A DNA stretch of 64,000 nucleotides. Origin: Octopus bimaculoides. Taxonomy: Eukaryota. The DNA lies in contig NC_068982.1 of NCBI RefSeq assembly GCF_001194135.2, positions 134,359,153 to 134,423,152 of the forward strand, written 5' to 3'. A program made the translations under genes and the position numbers. Shown piece after piece: positions 13,187 to 27,749 of this stretch. The notes under the pieces were generated by a model, which was not told where the DNA came from, made no database searches, and worked only from the letters and a program-made list of their open reading frames with translations. Positions within the stretch are counted from its first letter, which is position 1, and every line of letters begins with the position of its first letter.

Positions 13187-13391
13187 GCGAGCTGGCAGAA
13201 ACGTTAGAACACCAGGCGAAATACTTAGCGGTATTTCGTCTGCCGCTACGTTCTGAGTTAAAATTCCGCCGAGATTAACTTTGCCTTTCATCCTCTCAGG
13301 GTTGATTAAATAAGTACCAGTTATGCACTGGGGTCGATATAATCGACTGTCCCCTCTATGTTTAGCCCCTTGTGGACAATAAAGAAATAAG
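13187..13391 (+). mobile_element. SINE family B (GGCGAGCTGGCAGAA... head) inserted into an old RTE tail
   Basis: B-box-like GAGTTAAAATTCC; perfect 12-bp TSD TAACTTCATTAG at 13175-13186 and 13392-13403. Confidence 0.9.
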
Positions 13392-14142
13392 TAACTTCAT
13401 TAGTACAGGTGGCATGAAAAGGTACCCACTACAAGCAGTAAATTGGTTGGTATTAGGAAGGGTATCCAGTTGTAGAAACCATGTCAAAGTAGACATTGAA
13501 ACCTGATGTAGTTCTTGGGTCCCTTGGATGCTGTCAAATGGTCCAGCTCATGCCAACATAGAACATGATGATACCAAATTGCCAGAAATTATCCTTGGTT
13601 CTACAAAACAAATTCCCAATTTTAAAATTACCTTAAAATCTTCCATTGATATTCAACATTACTCTATGTTCCAAATATCAGCTTAATAAACTCTTTATTT
13701 CCAAAATTTATTGAAAGACTTTGTATTTTAGCAAAAATATAGTAATGAAAGGGTTAAAGGAGAACCTTGGCAGGCCTTATTGTCATTCTTCTTAATTCAG
13801 CAAATACAGTATTCCTTTTCATTAAATTATACAAAGCTTCCTTGCAAATCCTGATCATTACATTGTGTGAGCATGTGGTGTGTGCACGTGCATCTTTACT
13901 CAGCCCCCACTCCATGCTCACAAATATTTGTACAAACGTTTTGACAGGAATGTTCTATAAGACAGTTAGGATGAGGAACGTAACCTTTAGGTTGTCTGAT
14001 TTCAAACTTTCCAGTATTTTCTGAACAGCTGTCAAGTTTTGCTTTTCAGAATTTGACTTCTTTCATAACCCAAATCATAACCTTTTGAATCCAAACCCCA
14101 TTATTATTGTAATCTAATATTTTTTTGATAATAAAATAAAAT

Positions 14143-14282
14143 ATCTATCTATCTATCTATCTTATTCTCTTTTTATATCTATCCATCTATCTAGCTATCT
14201 ATCTGTCTATCTATCTATGTATCTATCTCTCTATCCATCTCATTCTCTTTTTATATCTATCCATCTATCTAGCTATCTATCC
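14143..14282. repeat. Compound (CTAT)n repeat with an internally duplicated block
   Basis: The block ATTCTCTTTTTATATCTATCCATCTATCTAGCTATCTAT occurs twice. Confidence 0.9.
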
Positions 14283-15059
14283 ACCTAACCACCCACAAAA
14301 TGAGGAAAATATTAGCCAACACAATGTCTCTTTGTTATATTTTGAGTTACAACACATTCTGAAATAGGTTAGTTTGACTGGAAGCTAATTATTTTCAGAT
14401 AAAATGATTAGATATAAAGAAAAAAAGAAAACCATTCAATTGTTTTCCAAGATTACATGTGACATATAACTACAAATTTTATGTCGGGAGTCCAACTTCC
14501 TTTGAACACTGTATGTACTGAATGCATATTATAAATTTATATGGTCTTAACGAGGAGTTTTGTTTTTTTTTGTTTTTTTCATTTTTGCTCCCAGCAACCA
14601 AATCTTCAGTTATTGTAAACATTTCACTTCTGACCCACATGCCCTGAGAAAAGAATGAAAACCAATTTCATTTCCCTTTTCCTATAAATATAAACTCTTG
14701 TTGTGACCTTTATAAGAATAGTCAAATGGTAAAAATTACAGATCATTTATTTGTTCATTTGTTTTTACTTTTTTTTTTCATGCTAGCATGGGTTAGACAA
14801 ATGGATTAATAAGGTATTGTTTTACAGCCAGATACCCTTTCTGTCATTAACCCTTTCTTGTTTTTCATGTAAGAGATCTCTTATTTCACATGTCTTTAAA
14901 GGCACAAAGCCAGCAAATGATTTGTTAACAGGAAAAATAACTGTTACAACTTATAGCTTGTAATATTCAAAGAAGTGCAAATGTAAGCAAACATATGTAC
15001 ATGTATAAATACACATATATATGCATGTGTACACTTGTACAATTGCATGCACACATGTA

Positions 15060-15215
15060 CATAAATACAATGGGTTCTTTCACTTTCCATCTATGGAATC
15101 CACTCACAAGGCTGATTGGCCTAGGGCTGCTTTCAAAGACACTTGCCCAAGGTGCCATATAGTTGGACTGAACCCCAAACCACAGGGCTGGAAAGCAAAT
15201 TTCTTAACCATACAT
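15060..15215 (-). mobile_element. SINE family A head (older copy), head-to-head with the 15332 copy
   Basis: The reverse complement reads ...GGTTCAGTCCAACTATATGGCACCTTGGGCAAGTGTC...GTGAGTGGATTCC. Confidence 0.75.
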
Positions 15216-15331
15216 GCCTGTGCCAAAATGCAAAAGAGCTTTTAGTTTCACCTCTCCACATTCTGAGTTGAAATCCTGCAAGTGTTGATTTTACACTTTG
15301 TTTTTTTTTTAGGATTGATAGAAAAAAGTGC

Positions 15332-15498
15332 AGGCATGGCTGTGTAGTAAGAAGCTTGCTTTCCAACCGCATGGTTCCGGGTTCAGTCCCACTGCATGGC
15401 ATCTTGGACAAGTGTCTTCTTCTACAATAGCTTTGGGCTGACCAAAGACTTGTGAGTGGATTTGGTAGATGAAAACTGAAAGATGCCCATCGTGTATG

Positions 15499-15530
<32 letters not shown>

Positions 15531-16015
15531 GTGTTTTGCCTTACTGACACGTGCCAGTGGCATGTGAACAAAACATTGGACTGACTCCTGTGCAGGTGAC
15601 ACGTAAAAAACACCATTTGCGTGTGGCCGTTGCCAGTACCGCTGGACTGGCCCTTCTGCTGGTGGCACGTAAAAAGCACCCACTACACTCTCTGAGTGGT
15701 TGGCGTTAGGAAGGGCATCCAGCTGTAGAAACTTTGCCTTCTGGTTTGCGAGTCCACAGTCAAATCGTCCAACCCATGCTAGCATGGAAAACGGACGTTA
15801 AATGATGATGATGATGTGTGTGTGCCTGTTTGTTCCCCCCTCCATCACTTGACAACTGATGTTGGAGTGTTTACGTCCCTGTAACTTAGCAGTTCGGCAA
15901 AGGAGACCGACAGAATAAGTATTAGACTTACAAAGAATGTCCTGAGGTCGATTTGTTTGACTAAAGGTGGTGCTCCAGCATGGTCACAGTCAAGTGACTG
16001 AAACGAGTAAAAGAG
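15332..16015 (+). mobile_element. SINE family A with an RTE 3'UTR fragment (about 15531-15816) nested in its internal microsatellite
   Basis: Order: head 15332-15492, (TA)n, RTE tail ending (GAT)n at 15802-15816, (TG), then tail-1. Confidence 0.88.
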
Positions 16016-17049
16016 TGAGTGTATAGTGGAGTATATATATATCCAGTAGTTATTGTAACACTCATTTTTAAACGAGTTACCAATGTGAGAAATTAATTAT
16101 GAAACAGAATTAAGTAGTCATCTGTAAACAGGGAATCCAGCTGTAAAAATACTAAATCTAAAAGTATGCAAATATCTGAATTTACGTAACCCATTTTACA
16201 CACAACTGTATGAAAATCACTTAACATGAAGGAAGGCTCCTTTATATGTTATTAAGAAGTCTCTTCATAGCTGCTTAATCTAGTAGAAACAGCAGCCAGA
16301 TCCCCCTCATATCTCACTTCATCTAGCTTTTTTGCCCACTATTCCTGAGAGGGTTGTTAGAATAGTTTTCAGATGCCTCCTCCGTGAAGTCCTATCAGAA
16401 GTAACTGTCATTACACTTTCTTATTCCCAATCACTAATAGTTGTTCCCTCCTGGACCCATTTTGGAATTCTGGGTCATGTAACATTTATGCTCCCATGTC
16501 ATGCCTCCACAACAAGTTGCAGGCATATTACTAGTTGTACTGCTATATATCTTTTGAACAGACACCCTCTACCTAAAATCTGAACAGGTTCCTTGTTAAC
16601 CTGCACAACAAGCAGGCTGGTTATTTTTTTTTTTCTAACCCTTTTCGTATTGCAGCTTATGGTGGTCTTTTTCATGTCAGGCACCAAGCTTGTATTTGTA
16701 TTGGAGCTGTGAAATATCACATTCTATCATCTTAAAAAGAAACAGAAGGTGGGTGGGTACTCTGGCTAGAGCATCTTTGAGCATAGATCTGCTAAATCAG
16801 GATTGATTTGGGAATAAAGCAGTAAAAAGATGAATGAAAAATGTGTTGATTACATCCAGTTTATTACCAGCAATAAAGGTAACTAATTAGCAATCAGAAC
16901 ATTTGATAAACTGCCTCATGAGTTTTGTTTTGACTCTGTACAAAACCTGCTGAGGTCACCTACCTTCGTCTTTTTGGTGGGGGTGATAAAAAAAAAAAGA
17001 CTTCAGCAAAAAGAATATTATAATATAAAATAAAATGCTTAAATTTTTT

Positions 17050-17440
17050 AGGAATGGCTGTGTGGTAAGTAGCTTGCTTACCAACCACATGGTTCCGGGT
17101 TCAGTCCCACTGCGTGGCACCTTGCGCAAGTGTCTTCCACTATAGCCGCAGGCCAACCAAAGCTTTGTGAGTGGATTTGGTAGACGGAAACTGAAAGAAA
17201 CCCGTCATATATATGTATATATATGTGTGTGAGTTTGTGTGTCTGTGTTTGTCCCCCCAACATTGCTTGACAACCGATGGTGGTGTGTTTATGTCCCCCG
17301 TAACTTAGTGGCTCAGCAAAAGAGACCGATAGAATAAGTACCAGGCTTACAAAGAATAAGTCCTGGGGTCGATCTGCTCGACTAAAGGTGGTGCTCCAGC
17401 ATGGTTGCAGTCAAATGTCTGAAACAGGTAAAATAGTAAA
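17050..17440 (+). mobile_element. SINE family A, near-complete reference copy
   Basis: GGCTGTGTGGTAAG (A-box-like), GGTTCAGTCCC (B-box-like), CCTTGCGCAAGTGTC, internal (TA)(TG) tract, and tail ending GTCAAATGTCTGAAACAGGTAAAATAG. Confidence 0.92.
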
Positions 17441-18989
17441 TGTTAAAGTTATTGAAATCATAGCATCTTTATTTGATTTTTCATAGCTTAAGCTTTTTAC
17501 TGTGGAAAACAGTACCACTCAAAATTTTCTTACCTTTAATTGCAGAAAGCTGTTTTATATACCAATCTATCTTTTGTTGTGGAATGTCATGTTTGAAAAT
17601 ATTTTCTGTTGAGATATGTCAAATTTATTGAAGTAATGTAATTTGCATAAAATACCAATTTTATTCTTTGGTTGACATTTAGCATCGTTACTGAAATAAC
17701 TATGAACTTTAGCAGTAAACAGGTTAGTTTTCAAGTTATTCTACACTGTGTCTATGCACTTTACACAGCCACAGTAGTAGGGAAAAGAAATTTCTTTATT
17801 CTCCACATGACCAAGGTGCCATGCAGTGGGATTGAACTTGAAACCACAAGGTTGCAAAACACAAATCTTTTAACCACACAGCCACATGCCTAGAGACAAC
17901 CCTAGATATTGAATGTATTTAATATGGTTGCTCTATTGTTCCTACCAACTCTCACAATATTTTAGATGATTATAATGACAATAATGATACATACTTGTTC
18001 AGTTAAATTATGCAATTTGTCAAATTAATTTACATTCTTCCTTTTCTCTTTCTAAACATGGTGCATTGACAGTTTAGGAGACAGCATAAATGTCATAAAG
18101 GAGAGGAAGAAGAACAAAGTTGAAATTATTGAAAATTAATGCTGCTGTAATAAGGACATTATTGTTATTGTAGACATCAGGCAGTTATTATTAGCAACTG
18201 CTTAAATCATTTCTAATATTAGAATCATTGAACATATTAAGCAAATGGTTTTAGATCAACTGTCTACTTAATATTTTGTTATGATAGTTACAATATTACT
18301 TGATTTTTTTTTTTTTTATTAAAATTCTATTATTTCTTTATTATATCAATTCAGAAACAATTATTTTTGTCTTTGGATCATAATTTTGTCCTGTATTTTA
18401 ATGCATCAGTTTAACATCTGGTGTTTTACAACCAAATATCAAATTACCATTGTCAATTTTTTCAAAAGCTAAAAATGAAAAGTGTATTGTTATATTGAAA
18501 GCCCTGAATCAACTGATATTATTATCAATTAGGAGGCAAAACTCTCTTTAGGAATGTTTGAAATCTTAAGGGGGAGGGGCGAAGTATGGAAGATAACTGA
18601 AAGATTAGTTGATTGAAAGTTTTGGGCAACATAGAAAATCCAGATTGGAATGGATTCGATCTTTAAAACCAATTAGTGAAAACAATAGACATAATTCATT
18701 TTTATTAAATTTCCATAGCCAGAAACTCAGAATAGTACTGGAAGATACCCTGTTGCTTTTGCCATTAGCTTTGAATTTCAAATCCACTCAATTTACAATC
18801 CCAGTATTATCCAAATATTTTAACAGCTTAATCTTACAAATGTGATTTGCTGTTTTATATATTTAAAAAATTTTTTTTTAAGATTTTAGATTTTAAACAC
18901 CCTTTGTGGGACTTGTTGTTTATTTAATTACCTGAATAATTTCTGTTAAAGTTTCCAATTTACTCCATTACATATGTGAAACTAACGCA

Positions 18990-19185
18990 TTAGCACACCA
19001 GACAAAACGTTTAGCAACAATCCGTCTATCTTCATGATCTGAGTTCAAATTCTGCCATGGTCAACTTAGCTTTCCATCCCTTCAGGGTCAATAAAATAAG
19101 TACCAGTTGAGCACTGGAGGTTAATATAATCAAGTATCCCCTCCCCACAAAATTTCAGGCCTTGTACCTATAGTAGAAAGGATTT
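18990..19185 (+). mobile_element. SINE family B
   Basis: Contains GAGTTCAAATTCTGCC...TTCCATCCCTTCAGGGTCAATAAAATAAGTACCAG...AATTTCAGGCCTTGTACCTATAGTAGAAAGGATT. Confidence 0.8.
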
Positions 19186-19186
19186 T

Positions 19187-19741
19187 TTAATCCTTTAGCA
19201 TTTAAACTTACCATATCTGGCCCAAATATTTTGTTTTATGTTCAAACTTTTCACACCTACCCTACAATGTCATTCTAAAGATAAACAATCACATCATTGA
19301 TGTCTGGAAGGTATGAGATAATGCAAAATGAAGCCATTTCTGCCTAAATAAAATTCTAAATACTGTGAAATTTTTGACAGCACAGTTAAAAAAAAATGTT
19401 TTTTTAACATTAGAAGATTTTACACTTAATGAGAAAAAAAATAGAAAATACCAGTGACTTGTCTTTCAGTAAAACAGATATGGATGTTTCTGAATTCTTG
19501 TCCATTGAAGAGGAGCATTTTGATAGCAAAAAATGATGGCCCTCAGGACACCATTTAAAATATTATAGTGACACAATTAAGCAATAAAATACTCATACAT
19601 AATCCTGATTTTATTGAAAGAAATTGTAAATCATTGATTCTGATACACCGGCTGATAATCCTCCTAAGCATGATTAATTCAAAACAAGGTGAATAAATAA
19701 GCATTACATTTAACAGAGTAATCTAAATTCTAAAGAGTTAA
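19187..19741. mobile_element. piggyBac-type MITE split by a roughly 330-bp insertion
   Basis: Left end TTAA-TCCTTTAGCATTT and right end AATTCTAAAGAG-TTAA are degenerate (CCCTTTAG/CTAAAGGG) termini with TTAA. Confidence 0.5.
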
Positions 19742-22700
19742 AAACATGCTGTCATTTGTCTGTTGGTTTAATGTCTATTTCTGTTTTTTCTTTGTTGGCA
19801 TTAGTTTGGACTGGGAGTTATATGAGGCAGAATTTTACAGCCAGATGCCCCTTAACTGTTTTCAAATGAGGGATAAGGTTTTGAAAACTGAGTTGCTGGT
19901 GGTGTGAACAAGGGACATCATCTTCATCATCACTCCACTCAGGCTGCAAATACACACACACACACACGTACATGCACACACACACACACACACACACACA
20001 TGTACATGCACACACACACATGCGCATGCATGCATGTGTGTGTGGGAGGCTTCCTACAGTTTCCCCTCTCAAATCCCCTTAAAGGCATTCATTGCCTAGT
20101 CATTCTTGACATATGTATATACACCCACCCACAAAATCCATTAAATTCTCATTAATCTATTAATGATGCTTCTATTTCATGAAGAAAATTAAAGCTACTG
20201 GCCAAGAATATTTTTACATGCATACTTATGTGTGTGTATATGTAAAATGTGTTTAAATTCCACTTGCTAGTTATTATCGAATCCTTGTGTATGACTCAGA
20301 AAGTGATTATTTGTACATTTTCTGGAAGTGATCTGTACTTTACAGTTTTCTAATTTTCAGCTGTGTATTTTCAAGTATTAGTATCCGGTTACAGTTGCTA
20401 ACATCTCAAATCCCTTTCTTTATAAGAACATTTTACTTTAAAATAGATAATTTTACATACGCTCACACACGACATTTATTCTAGTAAATCTGTGTGTGTG
20501 TGTGTGTGTGTGAAATATTTTCTTTGATCACCTGCTTAAAAAACTAAGCTTATTTCTCAAAAACATGAGCCTTATCCAAGATAATAAACAGCTGTATAGG
20601 ATTTTGTTTTAGGGTTTTAGCTAAAATCCTTAGCAAATATAGTACATTTCAGAGCAGACTATTTAATTCTACATTTCCTTGGTCGTCTTAGTTGTGAAGA
20701 ATAAATATCAGGGTTTTGTAGGAATGTTGTCTGTTACAGGCTAATGATCTTCCCTCAAAGGGCTTTGCTTCTCATTCCACTTTGTGATATGAAAACTGGA
20801 GTTGAACATTGGTCTTATGGATGCCTATGATTCACGAAAGGGAATTAGTGGTATGCAAGCCCCACTCCTACTATACACTAATTAAAAAAAGTGATGTTTT
20901 ATGCTTGATGTTTTATTGTTAGTGGCAGATCAAAAAGGTCATATTGCCTCAGTTGTTGTTACAGTTCTGTTGAAGAATTTGCTTAGATAAATCATCTTGC
21001 TAATAGCTGGATGCTAGAATTAAGTGGGAAGTAGGTTTTAGGTGTATGATTGTAGCGGACATATTACTAATTTTTCTTTTATTACCCATAACAATTTATC
21101 TCAACATGTGCTACACAGATAAATTGAAGCTCTAATAACCTAATGAGTTTTAGAAATGCCTTATTATTACTTGTATTTCATTCTGTCGTTTTCATGTCTT
21201 TACCCTATGCTGTCATGTGTTAGGTGGATTTGAAATCTGACACATGGCTCCTTTTCCTGATTCTATATTTTGTCTGTGAAACCTGATGACCTGATATTTG
21301 ATGTTATTTCTTATTTCCATGTCTGTCTTGATCTTCCTTTGCTATGGATACATTCCACTAGGAACACGTGTCACTTTTTCATCTACCAGTTGTTGGCAAT
21401 TCGTATCGTACATCCATAGCAAAGCAGCTAATTACCTTTCTATATACGTGAAGTAATGTCATTAATGCCTTGCTACATTCAACCTGGAAAGATATTTTGT
21501 TATTAAACATTCAGATGGTGCAGAAATTCTGCACTGTGAAATCCTGTGTCCACTACTTTAACATTTTAATATAGAATTATTTCTGTATTATATGGCATTC
21601 AATAGGTTAAGTCTTGTTAGAGAATTTGTCTTCTGATATTTGTTTCAGGTCTCTGTTCTTTGAATTCAAATCATGTAGATGTGAATCAATAAAGAAGTAC
21701 CAGCTAAGAGCTGGTGCAGCCTTCTCTCTCCCTCCAGCTGTGACATCTTTGATATTTTGCTGAGTCAATAGTTGGAGGGGGTCAGTGTTTGCTTGTGACT
21801 ACATGAGCATCTAAAACACCCGTAGATGCTGGAAAGAAACCAGTTGCATATGAAGTTTGGATGTGTGATGTTAAATTACTTGAAATGCAGAGCAGAAGAG
21901 GGTTTAGGAGATCAATAGGTTGTATATAAGAGAGATGTTTAGAATGTTGATAGAGATGTTGACTGCTGGTTTAGAATGTTCTGGAGTGAGAGTGTGATGT
22001 GTCCATGGCAAAAGAGGCTTGAGAAAAGTGGTCATCTCATCATCTTTGCCCACTTATTCGTGCGAGGAACATGGAAGCTCAGTCTCTAAGCACACCTGTA
22101 AGAAGCAGCTGTCTCCAATTGATTCAGCTGGATCCCCAAGCAAGATCAACACTTGTTCTTTACAGTTGATTTTTAACAAATAATGTCTCACCTGAAAACA
22201 GAAGGAATCCTGTTAGAAAAGAACCTACAAACATGGCCTGTAGTCTAAAAAATGTCTATGCCAGTATATCTTCAAGGAGACCTCTATACAGTTGCTTGAT
22301 TTGTTGGAAATAGCAGCCAAATTTCCTTCAGATCTTATCATTACTGTTGTAGATAATGTATGTTATTTGAAAATGCTCTGGGAAAATGTTTTTATTAGTT
22401 TTTTTTATCAAAACTGACTTGGGATTTAAACATTAAAATACTATTGCACTGTTGTAAAGTAACTGGGTGTTATTAATGAGTCTGACTCTGTAAATTGCCA
22501 GACTAGTTACTTTAAGATGTCTTACTTGATGCCTCGTAATATATACTAGGGAAGCATACCGAATTGCTATAATAACTTCCTGTTTAACTGCTTGCCAACC
22601 AGCTATATGCTTTAAGATGAAAAGAAACTCTGGTCAATGTTATCTGAAGTCTTAATGTAATCATTAATGCTAGTTAATTAGTGAAGATATTTGAAATGAA

Positions 22701-23179
22701 TCTTCAAATAACTGAATCGTTAAATGAATATATATTCCTCATATCAAACAACTTGGTAAGTAGTTTGTATTTATAGATTTTATTATAGTAATGCAAATCA
22801 TTATACTAAGTATCAAATCTATTGGATATCTAAATACTATCATTTATAATTCTTAGTCTCCTATTTCCCATCCTAATTATCATTTGTTAGTTTCAAGCAA
22901 GTTTACAACCAATAGATATCATTTGTTGTTATAACAAGTTCATATTGGTTCAATCGTCTGTCTTTTCAACAGTGAATTTGTTGACACTTGATCTGTTTGA
23001 AAGTTCACATTGGAAGCAGATCTCAGTTGTTCAGTGGTGAGGATTCAGTTGTTTGATTGGTTGAGTTACCTTCTCCTGAATTAACATGTAAGTGGCCGTT
23101 CGTCCCACAGCCATGTGTGCTCTTAATGTAATTGTCTGGTAGAATCTGCATGACACAATGCCACAATTCTATATCTTAT

Positions 23180-23512
23180 GAATTACAAGTAAACTGGCAC
23201 TTGTCGGTTATGACCAGGAGTCCAGTTGATCCAATCAATGGAACAACCTGCTTGTGAAGTTAACAAGCAAGTAGCTGATTAATCCACATACACACATACC
23301 CTTAATGTAGTTCTCAGGGAGAATTAACGTGACACAAGATGTGACAAACCTGATCCTTTAAAATACAGGTACTACTCATTTTTGCCCGCTGAGTGGACTA
23401 GAGCAATGTGAAATAAAGTAACTTGCTCAAGGACATAATGTACCACCAGGAATTGAACTCATTACCTTAGGATCATGAACCAAATACTCTAACCACTAAG
23501 TCACATACCTTC
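23180..23512 (-). mobile_element. tRNA-head SINE (family E)
   Basis: The reverse complement reads GTGACTTAGTGGTTAGAGT...GAGTTCAATTCC...TCCTTGAGCAAG. An older partial copy lies at about 23040-23170. Confidence 0.7.
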
Positions 23513-24335
23513 GCTAAATTACCAGTAAAATCCACGTTTCCATCTACCCAGTTTCACTCTCAAGGTGTAGGTTAGCCCAAGGCTGTAAAAAAAAATAGGA
23601 AAATGCATTTGTCCAAGATGCCATGTTGTAGGCTTGAACCTGGGACCTTATGTTCAAGAAGCAAACATCTTAATCATTCAGCCATACAACATCTACAAAA
23701 GCTCACATTACACATCAAATCATATTCTTTGTCTAAATTTAACTTGACCACATTTTTCAGTTTCAGAAAAACTATTTTATTTTTGTTTTGCTCTGACTAC
23801 CAGGTCACTTCTAGCTTTAAATATACACATACCTTTCTAGTCCACTTCATTCCCATTCTTTTCTTTGTTTCAATTATGCAAAAATATTTCAACTAAATTT
23901 TAAATAAATCAAGTATTTTTATACCCTGATTATTGCTAATTCCACCAGTGGTGAGTGATGTGTTATCAAGTAGGTAGTAAGGTCCTTTTAAGCTGAACCT
24001 CTGATCCAATTTCAATTTCCAGCAATAGCTTGCTTCTCTGATTTATTACAAAAGTAATCAAGAAGTGTCTACTTGATTGTTCAATCTGCTAGAAATAGCT
24101 GCAAAATCTCCTTAAAAAATCACACCATCTTAAAAAGGATGGAAATGTTGAATAATGAAACCTTAGTTCCTTTATATTGTCTTAACCCTTTTAATACCAA
24201 CCTACCATAGACTGCTCTTAGGCCTATGATATAAACTTCATGTTTTAAAGTGAAATAAATGAAATCCTTTCATCAAAATTTCTGGTTTAAATTAAATTCC
24301 AAATACTAGGTTAATAATGAGTCACTTTATTAAAT

Positions 24336-24537
24336 TACTCTTTTACTCTTTTCATGTCATTTGACTGTGGCCATACTGGAGCACCACCTTTAGTCAAATG
24401 AACTGACCTCACGACATATTCTTTGTAAGCCTAGTACTTATTCTATCGGTTTTTTTCTGCTGAACCACTAAGTTATGGGGACCTAAACATACCATCAGTT
24501 GTCCAGCGATGGTGGGGGAACAAACACAGACACAAAC

Positions 24538-24596
<59 letters not shown>

Positions 24597-24758
24597 CACA
24601 CACACACAACAGGCTTTTTCCGTCTACCAAATCCACTCACAAGGCTTTGGTCAGCCCGAGGCTATAGTAGAAGACACTTGCTCAAGATGCCATGCTGTGG
24701 GACTGAACCCGGAACCATGTGGTTGGGAAGCAAGCTTCTTATCACACAGCCACTCCTG
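24336..24758 (-). mobile_element. SINE family A with a long internal (TA)n tract
   Basis: Full head-microsatellite-tail-1 layout on the minus strand. Confidence 0.9.
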
Positions 24759-26080
24759 TTCATTATTTTAAAAATTAATTGAAAGTTAATGTATTTCAGC
24801 AGAAATATGGTAACAAAAAGGTTAAATACCTTTGGTTGGATTATAGATTTTCTCAATCAAGGCTAAGCTGGCACTAAACCACTTATTCTAGAAAAACAGA
24901 CCACTTCATTTATACTCATAATGTCCTTGTGTAACTGCATACTCATCACAACCTCACTCTTCTCTACTAAAATCTATAGGGTCAGTCACCCTTTCAAGTA
25001 ATTTGAATCTCATACTATTGTGGTGGTGGGGCAAACAAGAAAAGGCTGCAGATGGAATGTGTTCCATGACATTTAGAAAACTCTGCTTTGTTTGTGTACT
25101 TTTGTAATGTAGAGTATAGTATAAATCAGATATTTTATACGTATTTCTTCTGTTGACACAAGATATATTAGCAAAACATTCTTCAGTTTTCTTCAAGGTT
25201 ATTGAATGTTCTGTAGTTAAATATAAGTTAAACTTTACAAAAATAAATAAATAAAAATGCAGTAATTTGATAGAAATTAATACAAAGTAAGTTAGCAGTC
25301 TTCAAAGAAAGCTGTAATGAATAAATTTTGGTATTTGGGAATATATTTAGTGTTACTGTCAAAGAATTTTCTAAGTTAAAAGCCTTGTAATGAGCAACTA
25401 GAGAATTACAAATTTGATTTACCTTGCTGCCAACATCAACTTTTGATTTATTAAAGTCACTTTTTGGCTAATAGATTCTCCTTTCACTTCACTCTCACTC
25501 TCTTTCTCTTCTCTGTCTTACCCTCTCTTTCTCTTCTCTCTTTCTAGTCTCTCTTACCCTTTCTCTCTTTCTCTCTTTTCCCTCCTCTCCTATCTTTAAC
25601 TCTCACACCCTCCTTTGTTTTTCTCCTTTTTTCTTTCATTCCTCTTTCTCTCTCTCTAATTCAGATTTCTTCACAGCAATTGTAAACATTTCCTACACTG
25701 AACATCTTTCTGATTGCATACATATGCATGCATGGGTGTGCATGTGTAAAATTGCATTATTTTACGAATCTTTTATCTTTAAAAAAAAGTAAAAGAAGCC
25801 ATTTTATTTATTTCTTACAATATATTTGTGCTTTAAAGTCATACTGAAATAGAATCAAGTACGTTGCATAAGATTCATGTTGGCCATTTGAAACAATCAG
25901 CAGCAACATAGTGTTAACATCTAGTTCTTCATACTGGCATGGATCTGATGAAATTTGTTGAGGCAGATTTTCTCTTGTTGCCAACCCTCACTTGTTTCCG
26001 AGTGAGTAATATTTCACCAAATTCTTCACAGACAGCAATGATTAGACACGATTGTGTAAAGGAGTGCAAACAAATTGGCC

Positions 26081-26608
26081 CAGGAGTGGCTGTGTGATAA
26101 GAAGCTTGCTTCCCAACCACATGGTTCTGGGTTCAATCTCATTGCATGGCACTTCAAGCAAGTGTCTTCTACTATATCCTCGGGCCAACCAAAGCCTTGT
26201 GAGTGGATTTAGTAGACGGAAACTGAAAGAAGCCCATTGTGGTTGGCGTTAGGAAGGGCATCCAGCTGTAGAAACTCTGCCAAATTAGATTGGAGCCTGG
26301 TGTAGCCATCCGGTTTCACCAGTCCTCAGTCAAATCATCCAACCCATGCTAGCATGGAAAGCGGACGTTAAATGACGATGATATATATATATATGTGTGT
26401 GTGTATGTGTCTTGTGTCTGTGTTTGTCCCCATCACCGTTGCCTGACAACCGATGATGGTGTGCTTATGTCCCTGTAACTTAGCGGTTCTGCAACAAGAC
26501 TGATAGAATAAGTACCAAGCTTACAAAGAGTGTCCTGGGGTCGATTTCTTTGACTAAAAGGCAGTGCTCCAGCATGGCCACAGTCAAATGAATGAAATAT
26601 GTAAAACA
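26081..26608 (+). mobile_element. SINE family A with an RTE tail (26239-26381) nested at the head/microsatellite junction
   Basis: The head ends GAAGCCCATT, followed by GTGGTTGGCGTTAGGAAGGGC...GACGTTAAATGACGATGA, (TA)(TG), then tail-1. Confidence 0.9.
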
Positions 26609-26994
26609 GTAAGTGATAATGCTTGTATGATGGTGACATTTGTTTGCAATTAGTGCTTAATGTCAAAACAAGGAGATATGAATGCATGCACACGTGTGTA
26701 CACACGTGCAAAAATGCAATAGGCTTCTATCAGTTTTCAGCTGCCAAAGTCACTCACAAGACGCTAGTCAGCCCAAGGTTATGGTCAGACATATGCCTAA
26801 AATACAGTGTAGTGGGGACTAAACCATGTGAATGTGAAGCAAACTTTTTAGCCATGCAGCTTTGCCCACATCTATAAACACTTATATTCACTTGTTTTCT
26901 TTTTTGTTATAGCAGACTAACAACCACGTGGTACATATAAGGAAATGCTTTAGTAATTAATATATAACGTTAGTAATTAATATATAATGTTAGT

Positions 26995-27190
26995 AAGGCA
27001 AGCTAGCAGAATCGTTAGCTTGCTGGGCATGTTCTCTGTCATTGTTCTGAGTTCAAATTCTGCTTAGGTCAACTTTGCCTTTCATCCTTTTGAGGTCAAT
27101 AAAATAAGTACTAGATGAACTCTGGGGTTGATGTAATCAACTTACACCTGCCCCTGAAATTGCTGGCCTTGTGCCAGAATTTGAAATTGA
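26995..27190 (+). mobile_element. SINE family B
   Basis: Head GGCAAGCTAGCAGAATCGTTAGC; imperfect TSD TAATG(T/C)TAGTAA on both sides. Confidence 0.8.
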
Positions 27191-27749
27191 TATGTAATGC
27201 TAGTAAAAACTAAGGGGTTTTTACAATGACCATAATGTAATTGCTTTTGTAGTATTTTTTTTTGTTTTGTTTTTTGTTCTAAGAAGAAGAAAGATATTGA
27301 ATTGAAATCAACTTTGTTGCTTCCAACACTAAGTTCTTCTGTATAGATATTTCATTGACACATTTTTACCCATATTGCTGAATTGTCAAATATACACCCT
27401 CCCCATAGTTTTCATGCAGAGTATGATGTTGATTTTTTGAAATTCAGGGTGAGCAAGTACTTCGCCTAATATCCCCCCCCCCCCTTCATTCTAATATTTT
27501 CCATTCCATTAACACCTCGTTTTATTTTATTAGCTCCTTTGTTATCTCATTCTCTCTATATTATTGCAGTCAATATTTTTATTACCTTTTCATCATATTT
27601 CTTTTGAATATTATATTTTATGTCCCTTTTATATTCATTTTANNNNNNNNNNNNNNNNNNNNNNNNNNNNNNNNNNNNNNNNNNNNNNNNNNNNNNNNNN
27701 NNNNNNNNNNNNNNNNNNNNNNNNNNNNNNNNNNNNNNNNNNNNNNNNA

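Noticed and set aside
14290-14513. TA-CAGTGTTCAAAGGAAG end on the minus strand suggesting a Tc1-like element
   Set aside because: No matching second TIR was found, so the element cannot be delimited.
18355-18845. Strong acceptor at 18354 followed by unique sequence and a 78-aa ORF
   Set aside because: There is no matching donor, stops occur between the acceptor and the ORF, the ORF start is a TTG, and the peptide has no recognisable motif.
22603-22761. Donor TTG|GTAAGT at 22755/22756 with a short upstream open frame
   Set aside because: The nearest acceptor is weak and the interval has stops in all frames.
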